Below, piece by piece: positions 57,108 to 64,000 of a DNA stretch of 64,000 nucleotides. The first letter of the stretch is position 1. Each line of letters begins with the position of its first letter. The notes below the pieces were generated by a model, which made no database searches, was not told the DNA's origin, and saw only the letters and a program-made list of their open reading frames with translations. This DNA comes from Parasphingorhabdus sp. (GTDB lineage Bacteria > Pseudomonadota > Alphaproteobacteria > Sphingomonadales > Sphingomonadaceae), in NCBI RefSeq assembly GCF_036963805.1, contig NZ_JBALUN010000009.1, positions 314-64,313 of the forward strand, given 5' to 3'. The translations under genes and the position numbers were made by a program.

Positions 57108-58352
57108 TCAAATCTCTTCGACAATTTTTGCAACCAGCCGCCGTGCGACTTCTGGTTTGGGAAGGCGTGCCCAGATTTCAGTGCCATCAGCGGTGACGAT
57201 ATGGACGCTATTTTCTGCGCCGCCCATGACATCTCCTGATACGTCATTAGCGATTATCCAATCACAGCCTTTTTTGGTGAGCTTGGCACGGGCGTGTTCG
57301 TCAATTTTTTGAGTTTCAGCCGCGAATCCGATCAGCAGGCCGGGCCGCTGGGAATGTTTGGCAAGGCCAGCCAATATATCAGGGTTTTCCGTGAGCTTGA
57401 GCGGTGCAGGCGCATCACCCTTTTGTTTCTTTATCTTTTGATCCGCACGCGTGTCTGCACGCCAGTCTGCTACAGCTGCGACCATAATCGCAACGTCCGC
57501 AGGCAAAGCATCATGCACAGCGGCTTCCATCTCCAGCGCCGTCTCCACATCGACGCGCATTACCCCGGTCGGTGTCGGTAAATGGACTGGTCCGGCGACT
57601 AGTGTGACTTGTGCACCAGCGTCCGCTGCTGCTGCGGCAATAGCAAATCCCTGACGTCCGGAGGATCGATTCGCGATATAGCGTACCGGATCAATCGGTT
57701 CGCGGGTCGGGCCCGCTGTTACGAGCACATGCTTGCCATGAAGCGGACGATGCTGGTCCGGCGCGAAGGCTGGCTGGCCTTCCAGTGGGTTAGGCCCAAC
57801 TATATTTTCGCCGATAACGTGATTCATTATTTCTGCTAAAACCGCAGGTGGTTCGGGCAGACGGCCGGGGCCAAATTCACCGCAGGCCATGTCGCCTTCA
57901 TCTGGTTGCATGACGATAATGCCATCACGGCGCAACTGCTCGATATTGCGCTGGGTTGCCGGATGGTTCCACATCCTTAAATTCATAGCTGGAACGGCGA
58001 GGACCTGTGTATCGGTGGCGAGCAATAATGTCGTCGCCAGATCGTCAGCAATCCCGCCCGCCATTTTTGCGAGCAGATTGGCGGTTGCCGGACAGACCAC
58101 TACTAAATCGGCTTCACGGGACAATTGTATATGCCCCATCTCGGTTTCGTCTTTCAGCGACCAAAGTGTGGTGTGGACCTCATTCTCGGACAATGCCGCC
58201 AGAGTCATCGGAGTTACAAATTGCGCTCCTGATTCGGTGAGTACGCAGCGCACTGTCATTCCGGACTTCTTGATCAGACGGATGAGTTCAGAGGATTTAT
58301 AAGCGGCTATTCCACCACCGATGATCAGCAGGATATGTTTCGGACTGTTCAT
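57108..58352 (-). CDS. coaBC: Bifunctional CoaBC
   Basis: GGIAAYK; PATAN; PAMN; [21 protein letters not shown]. Confidence 0.96.
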   Translation of the reverse strand: MNSPKHILLIIGGGIAAYKSSELIRLIKKSGMTVRCVLTESGAQFVTPMTLAALSENEVHTTLWSLKDETEMGHIQLSREADLVVVCPATANLLAKMAGGIADDLATTLLLATDTQVLAVPAMNLRMWNHPATQRNIEQLRRDGIIVMQPDEGDMACGEFGPGRLPEPPAVLAEIMNHVIGENIVGPNPLEGQPAFAPDQHRPLHGKHVLVTAGPTREPIDPVRYIANRSSGRQGFAIAAAAADAGAQVTLVAGPVHLPTPTGVMRVDVETALEMEAAVHDALPADVAIMVAAVADWRADTRADQKIKKQKGDAPAPLKLTENPDILAGLAKHSQRPGLLIGFAAETQKIDEHARAKLTKKGCDWIIANDVSGDVMGGAENSVHIVTADGTEIWARLPKPEVARRLVAKIVEEI

Positions 58353-58353
58353 A

Positions 58354-59910
58354 TCAGTTTACTATCATCCAAACGGCCCCAGCACTAGCTGCCCCGGCAA
58401 TCAGAGCCGTCAGCGCATAGCGTAAAAATCCGCCACCCTGTCCAGTTTTTCGTTTCTCCCACAGCAATTCAATATCAGCCACTGGCGGTTGGGGCGGTGC
58501 GCCGCCCTGACGGGGTAATTGTGCGTCCAGTCGGCGAACAATATCGGGCAACATTAATAGCGTATCCATGTCCGAATTAATCCGGTCGGCAATGGCGGCT
58601 TCTGGCCCCAGTTCCCCACGGATCCAGTTTTTCACATAGGGTCCGCTTGCATCCCACATGTTAATTTCCGGATTGAGATCGGTTGCAATCCCCTCAACCA
58701 TCACCATTGTTTTTTGAAGCAACAAAAGATGCGGTTGGGTTTCCATGTCAAAATCGCGGGTAATCGCAAATAGTCCGTCGAGCATATCGCCCACAGAAAG
58801 TTCGCTCACTGGCTTGCCGCGCATTGGCTCACCGACAGCGCGCAAGGCTGTAGCAAATTCTTCCATGATATGGTGATCGGGCACATATTGGGCCTCGAAA
58901 TGGATTTCCGCGACCCGTTTATAATTGCCGGTGGTCAGGCCGTATAATATTTCTGCCAGCCAGAAACGTGCTTTTTTATTGATTCGGCCCATGATGCCAA
59001 AGTCGATCGCGACGATGGTTCCATCTGCTTTTACGAATAAATTGCCCTGATGCATGTCAGCATGGAAATAGCCGGCTTCTATCGCCTGTTTGAGGAAGGT
59101 GTGCACCAACCGGTTCGCGATATCGCTGAGATCATGGCCTGCAGCTATTAGTTCATCACGTCGCGATATTTTAATCCCGTCGACCCAATCCAGCGTCAGG
59201 ACGCGGCCGGATGTCCGATCCCAATCTATTGCTGGAATTTCAAACTGCTCGACATTTTCCATATGCTCCGCTAGCTCAGAGGCTGATGCAGCTTCACGGC
59301 GCAGGTCAAGCTCGCGCATGGTCCAGCGCCGAAAATTGGCGACAACCAATTGTGGCCGCAGCCGTTTGGCTTCGCCGCCCATCGCTTCGAGATGCGCTGC
59401 TGCCCACTCATAGGTTTCTATGTCAGCGGTGAATTTCTTGATGATGCCGGGGCGCAGCACTTTGACAGCGACATCCTTGCCCTCAAGTGTGGTAGCACGG
59501 TGGACCTGCGCGATGGAGGCTGCCCCAACCGGCTCGGGATCAATATGGCTGTAGAGAGCGCTTATCGGCTTACCGAGGCTCGCTTCAATCTCGTCCGTGA
59601 TTTTTTCAAAGGCCACCGGCGGCAGGTTGTCCTGCAATTGTAGCAGGTCGCGCGCTGCTTCTGTACCGATGATATCCGGCCGTGTCGCTAATGTCTGGCC
59701 AAGTTTAATGGCTGCGGGACCAATGGCTTGTAGCGCTGCCGAGTAATTGGGCGTTTTGGGCTGGATCGTACCCAGCCGCGCAATGCGGAACAGCCGCCGG
59801 ACTTGCGGCGGCGTGGTTTTATGCTTCTCTATGTCCCGCAACGCGCCATGTTTGGCAAGAGTACGGCCCCATTTGAGCAGGCGTAAGATATGGGTTATGG
59901 ATGATGTCAT
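58354..59910 (-). CDS. ubiB: UbiB kinase-like protein
   Basis: IKLGQ; ASIAQVH; FHADMHQGN; DFGIMG. Confidence 0.96.
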   Translation of the reverse strand: MTSSITHILRLLKWGRTLAKHGALRDIEKHKTTPPQVRRLFRIARLGTIQPKTPNYSAALQAIGPAAIKLGQTLATRPDIIGTEAARDLLQLQDNLPPVAFEKITDEIEASLGKPISALYSHIDPEPVGAASIAQVHRATTLEGKDVAVKVLRPGIIKKFTADIETYEWAAAHLEAMGGEAKRLRPQLVVANFRRWTMRELDLRREAASASELAEHMENVEQFEIPAIDWDRTSGRVLTLDWVDGIKISRRDELIAAGHDLSDIANRLVHTFLKQAIEAGYFHADMHQGNLFVKADGTIVAIDFGIMGRINKKARFWLAEILYGLTTGNYKRVAEIHFEAQYVPDHHIMEEFATALRAVGEPMRGKPVSELSVGDMLDGLFAITRDFDMETQPHLLLLQKTMVMVEGIATDLNPEINMWDASGPYVKNWIRGELGPEAAIADRINSDMDTLLMLPDIVRRLDAQLPRQGGAPPQPPVADIELLWEKRKTGQGGGFLRYALTALIAGAASAGAVWMIVN

Positions 59911-59923
59911 GTCAGTTGGATGC

Positions 59924-60661
59924 TCAGGCCTTCCAGCCGCTATGGATAGCGACCAAGCCGCCCATCATGGGTTCGACCTTTGTCTGGGAAAATCCAGCAT
60001 CCTCTATCATGCCGCGAAATTTCTCCATATGCGGAAACCGGTCAATGGATTCTGCAAGATAGCGATAGCTGTCTTCATCACCCGCAACAGCTTTGCCAAT
60101 TTTGGGCATAATCCGGTGTGAATAAAAATCATAAACCTTGTCAAATCCGGGCCACAAGGTCTTTGAAAATTCCATGCAGTAAAACCGCCCGCCAAATCGC
60201 AAAACGCGATAGGCCTCTTCCAGTGCTTTTTCGATATGGGTGACATTGCGAATGCCAAATACGATTGTATAGGCATCGAAATGGGCATCCGGAAAGCTAA
60301 GCTCTTCAGCATTTTGCTCGCTCCAGACCAGCCGACCTTCGCCTTTTTTGATCGCACGGTCCAGCCCTTCGGACAGCATATCGGCATTGATGTCTGCAAC
60401 TGTTATATCTGCACCGCTATCAACCATCCGAAAAGCAATGTCTCCGGTGCCGCCCGCCATATCGAGTATATCTTCGCCTTCGCGCGGTTTGACCCGGCGT
60501 ACGAAACGGTCCTTCCACAGCCGGTGGGTGCCCGCGCTCATAGCATCGTTCATCACATCATATTTGCTAGCGACGCTGGAGAAGACTTTGCCAACCCGGC
60601 CTACTTTTTCATCCTCGGCCACTTCTTCGTGGCCAAAAGAGACTGTCTTTGTATCAATCAT
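59924..60661 (-). CDS. ubiE: Ubiquinone/menaquinone methyltransferase
   Basis: YDVMNDAMS; LDMAGGTGD; FGIRNV; YLAESI. Confidence 0.95.
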   Translation of the reverse strand: MIDTKTVSFGHEEVAEDEKVGRVGKVFSSVASKYDVMNDAMSAGTHRLWKDRFVRRVKPREGEDILDMAGGTGDIAFRMVDSGADITVADINADMLSEGLDRAIKKGEGRLVWSEQNAEELSFPDAHFDAYTIVFGIRNVTHIEKALEEAYRVLRFGGRFYCMEFSKTLWPGFDKVYDFYSHRIMPKIGKAVAGDEDSYRYLAESIDRFPHMEKFRGMIEDAGFSQTKVEPMMGGLVAIHSGWKA

Positions 60662-60808
60662 ATATTGGTTGCTCAGCCTTTGGAATTGGCCCCATAGAAT
60701 CTGATGTGGAGCGGTTTTCAATGACAAGCATTAGACGAGCCTTGGCAGCACTGCAATCACCCTGTAGCTGCTGGAAAAAGCGAAATTGTGATTATCTGAG
60801 GGGCTTAA

Positions 60809-61621
60809 ATGCCGGAACTACCAGAAGTTGAGACAACGGTGGCGGGTTTACGCCCGGTGCTGGAAGGTAAGAGGCTAACGCTCGTCGAGCCGCGCCGCGC
60901 CGATTTGCGGCGACCGATTCCCGTCGATTTGCGTCAACGTATGACGGGCGCGCGGGTCGTGCAATTGTCCCGACGGGCAAAATATGGACTGATCGAGACA
61001 GATCGCGGGGATGTCATGATCTTTCATCTAGGCATGTCGGGGCGCTGGCGAATTGATCCGGCAGAGCTGGAAAAGCATGACCATTTGGTGCTCGAGACTG
61101 AAGAGAATCGGCGGCTTGTGCTTAACGATCCTCGCCGTTTTGGGTCGCTCGATCTGGTTCGTGTGGAAGAGCTGGATGAATTTGGGCCGTTTGCGGTGAT
61201 GGGCCCTGAACCCTTGGGTGAGGAATTTAACGGGACCTATCTGAAAGCGGTAACAAAGGACCGCAAGGCACCCATTAAACAATTGTTGCTCGACCAGCGA
61301 AATGTTGCGGGGCTCGGTAATATCTATGTTTGCGAGGCTTTGCATATGGCAGGTATAGCGCCAAGCCGTATGGGCGGCGGTATATCAAGGTCGCGCTATG
61401 ATAAGCTCGTTACGGCGATTAAAGCGGTGCTGGAATCGGCCATAGCTGCCGGAGGATCGTCCCTGAAGGATTTTGTGCAGCCGGACGGTGAACTGGGCTA
61501 TTTCTCTAAGCAATGGCTGGTCTATGGCCGGGAAGGCGAGCTTTGCCATTGTGGTGCACCGGTCCTGCGCAAAGTGGATAGTGGCCGATCAACCTTTTAC
61601 TGCGGAAAATGTCAGAACTAG
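60809..61621 (+). CDS. mutM: Fpg glycosylase
   Basis: MPELPEVE; HLGMSG; GLGNIY; C-terminal zinc finger. Confidence 0.97.
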   Translation: MPELPEVETTVAGLRPVLEGKRLTLVEPRRADLRRPIPVDLRQRMTGARVVQLSRRAKYGLIETDRGDVMIFHLGMSGRWRIDPAELEKHDHLVLETEENRRLVLNDPRRFGSLDLVRVEELDEFGPFAVMGPEPLGEEFNGTYLKAVTKDRKAPIKQLLLDQRNVAGLGNIYVCEALHMAGIAPSRMGGGISRSRYDKLVTAIKAVLESAIAAGGSSLKDFVQPDGELGYFSKQWLVYGREGELCHCGAPVLRKVDSGRSTFYCGKCQN

Positions 61622-61749
61622 AATTAGGATCGGGCTTGTTTGACTAAGCTATTGACGGGAATCACATGGGAAGCTAATGACCGCCGACTTGAGCCAAGGT
61701 TACTTTAGTGATTTGAGGCTATCCAGCATTTCAGTTTTGAGGAAATTTC

Positions 61750-62013
61750 ATGGCTAATACGCCGCAAGCAAAGAAACGTATCCGTCGCAACGAACGCCGC
61801 ACGGTCATTAACAAGAACCGCGTGAGCCAGATTCGTACGAAGATTAAGTCCGTTGAAGCGGCCGTTGTCGCAGGCGATAAAACGGCTGCAACCACTGCTC
61901 TTGCAGCAGTTCAGCCAGAATTGGCACGTGGCGTTGCTCGCGGTGTGTTCCACAAAAATACCGCTTCGCGCAAATTCAGCCGCCTGACAAAACGGGTTGC
62001 TGCCCTAGCATAA
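61750..62013 (+). CDS. rpsT: 30S ribosomal protein S20
   Basis: [14 protein letters not shown]...[12 protein letters not shown]. Confidence 0.97.
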   Translation: MANTPQAKKRIRRNERRTVINKNRVSQIRTKIKSVEAAVVAGDKTAATTALAAVQPELARGVARGVFHKNTASRKFSRLTKRVAALA

Positions 62014-62136
62014 ATATTACGGAGTGATGCTTCCGGTGGAAATCGGACTTGCATTATTTTAACAGAGCCATATCGGTTCTCTGGTAATTATAAAGAATCA
62101 CCCGCTCGGTTTTCGGCGGGTTTTCTTTGGTCCGAA

Positions 62137-63213
62137 TCAGATCAACATTAATCCACTGCGGCGAATCATCGCAAAAAACCCGACCATAGCGGAGGCCGTG
62201 TCATCGCTTAGTTCGATAAATATTCGCCGACCATCTTTTGCATCCGCCTTGCGCAGGAATATCTGTTCTTCGGTCATGGTTTTGATCCAGCGTAGCGCAG
62301 TTGTTGGGGGCACACTGGCTGCGATACATAGACTCGACACGGCAACCTTCTTACCTTCCAGGCGGGCCGCCATTAGATCGAGCAACATATCCCAAGCAGG
62401 ATCAGAAAAAAGTTCAGCATCAAAATATTGATCACGCATCCGCCGGGCCTTGATCAGTCCGCGAACCTCGTCGGCGGATATCGGCCTAGAAAGGCTAATG
62501 CTTTGCTGATCGGAGGCGGTATCCCCTGATATTGCAGCGTGGACCGGGGGGTGTTGATGCTTGAAATTGATCGAGGGATTGGCAAGTTTTATTTCCCCGG
62601 TTGTTTCGCGAAACGGGTTATTGATTAGGGATCTGTCGCCGCCCGATCGTTCTGTCCCAGATAATTTTACCAGCGCTCTTGCTATGCGTTCCACATCGGC
62701 AGAGATTTTTTTGAGATCTACCAGATCAATTTCATCTCGGTCCGCAAACAAACTGCTAATCGATTGTTTGGTCCGATATTCTAGGGAAACAAATAGCTCT
62801 GCGACGCTGTCGCTTAACAGATGCTCGACATGGGGGTAATTGACGGCCCCTAATGTAAAATCGAGCAGGTCCAAATTCGTGCGGATGAGTAAGGGAAGGT
62901 GAAAAGCCTCACAATGATGTTCGATCTTTGCGAGAGCGTCCTCTTGGGCGCTATTCCAATCGGTAATTTGGATCACGATTGCCGCGACATTTGGTCGCCC
63001 GGCAAGATCGTCAGCGGTGAAAGCGATGGGTAAGGATGCACTTCGTCCGCCAAGCAGGTCTATGGCGTGCGTATATAGAGCGCTTAGTTGAGGATCATCA
63101 GTAACCAATAATATCGGCCCTCCCCAAATATCATCGATTGCCATATCGTCCATTCTGGTAAAACACTCTTCTATACTATCCGAAAAATATATATTTCGCG
63201 CTTCTCTTAACAC
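62137..63213 (-). CDS. Winged-helix (MarR-like) regulator with extended N-terminus
   Basis: RRMRDQYFDAELFSDPAWDMLLDL; VSSLCIAASVPPTTALRWI; start uncertain. Confidence 0.8.
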   Translation of the reverse strand: MLREARNIYFSDSIEECFTRMDDMAIDDIWGGPILLVTDDPQLSALYTHAIDLLGGRSASLPIAFTADDLAGRPNVAAIVIQITDWNSAQEDALAKIEHHCEAFHLPLLIRTNLDLLDFTLGAVNYPHVEHLLSDSVAELFVSLEYRTKQSISSLFADRDEIDLVDLKKISADVERIARALVKLSGTERSGGDRSLINNPFRETTGEIKLANPSINFKHQHPPVHAAISGDTASDQQSISLSRPISADEVRGLIKARRMRDQYFDAELFSDPAWDMLLDLMAARLEGKKVAVSSLCIAASVPPTTALRWIKTMTEEQIFLRKADAKDGRRIFIELSDDTASAMVGFFAMIRRSGLMLI

Positions 63214-63557
63214 TCTACTTGTTCTCTTCCAAATGATATCGATTGATCTTTATCATCGCTAAAAACGCGCAATGGCCACGCTAGATTGGGGATGGGAAGG
63301 AAGTCGAACCGCTCATGGTCTTATTTGGATATGGCAGAGCTTGGATGATGCTATTTCAAGAGGTAATTTGCGCCATAGGTCATTGTTTTGCCCCTTTGTT
63401 TCTTGAGATATTTTATCGCGACATAAATTGATTGGGGCATCGATAGTTCGATATCCAAAACGGAGATAATATCGGTGAACTGTATTATAATGTCGTTCAA
63501 TGGTGGTTCAGTATGATATTGCTACTATATCGGTCAGATGGCGGATAATTTGAAGGA

Positions 63558-64000
63558 ATGATGATGACGGGGTCCAAAGATAAAAGTTCGAAACGCTTCA
63601 AACTGACAATATTCACGCCGCTGGCCTTTTTGGCGCTCGGGGCTTGCGCGTCTCCCTTTCGGGCAGACGTGCAACGTTTTGAAGCCCTACCTCCGGCACA
63701 GGGGCAAAGCTTTGCGGTTGTCGCAGCCGACCCAGAGCTTGCTGGCGGATTGGAATTCGCCCAATATGCCGCTCTTGTTGAGCAGCGCTTGGCTGATCTG
63801 GGCTATCAGCGCAGCGAAGATCCTGCCGCGGCACAGTTGATTGTTAGCATGGACTATGATGTCGACAAAGGCCGCGAAAAAGTGGTGGCCGATTATGATC
63901 CATTTTATTCCCCAGGCTTTTATGGGTCGCGTAGCTTTTATGGACGTCACCACTATCGCTATGGTTTCTACGACCCGTTCCTGTTCGGCGGCGCTGGCTT
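63558..64000 (+). CDS. DUF4136-like lipoprotein (partial, runs off window)
   Basis: LGAC lipobox; FRADVQRF; GLEFAQYA; SMDYDVD. Confidence 0.75.
   Translation, partial: MMMTGSKDKSSKRFKLTIFTPLAFLALGACASPFRADVQRFEALPPAQGQSFAVVAADPELAGGLEFAQYAALVEQRLADLGYQRSEDPAAAQLIVSMDYDVDKGREKVVADYDPFYSPGFYGSRSFYGRHHYRYGFYDPFLFGGAG

Noticed and set aside
57101-57247. N-terminal extension of dut
   Set aside because: Alternative frame inside coaBC; dut begins at 57100 with its own RBS.
63214-63557. A/T-rich intergenic region as oriC
   Set aside because: No convincing DnaA boxes and no dnaA gene in the window.

Overview
Alphaproteobacterial (Sphingomonadales-like, inferred from gene content) window in three parts. 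(1) 1-31.2 kb: backbone of a Tn4371/ICEMlSym-type integrative conjugative element, with its left end outside the window. It carries DUF736, an XRE/QseM-like/FseA-like/RdfS-like regulatory cascade, traF, a lytic transglycosylase, a candidate oriT, a MOBP relaxase, traG, a CopG-family regulator and trbBCDEJKLFGI. A hipBA module and a 10 kb cargo block (LuxR solo, orphan Pycsar-type effector, GltS, RND efflux) are inserted into it. (2) 31.3-52.3 kb: two translationally coupled tyrosine recombinases, then a 19 kb general-stress island. The island encodes its own PhyR-NepR-EcfG switch, an HWE kinase, a Crp regulator and a BLUF protein, plus about 20 target genes, most preceded by a GGAAC-N16-CGTT-type promoter. 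It also holds an unannotated candidate sRNA and two paralogous microproteins. (3) 52.8-53.1 kb: a complete tRNA-Arg(CCG) with a compensatorily recoded anticodon stem lies 123 bp from a 5' half-copy that keeps a promoter-like sequence on the chromosomal side, suggesting the element broke the host tRNA and supplies a replacement. Housekeeping genes follow (nth, dapB, cobB, moeB-like, dut, coaBC, ubiB, ubiE, mutM, rpsT). All family assignments come from motif recognition by eye; no database search was run.
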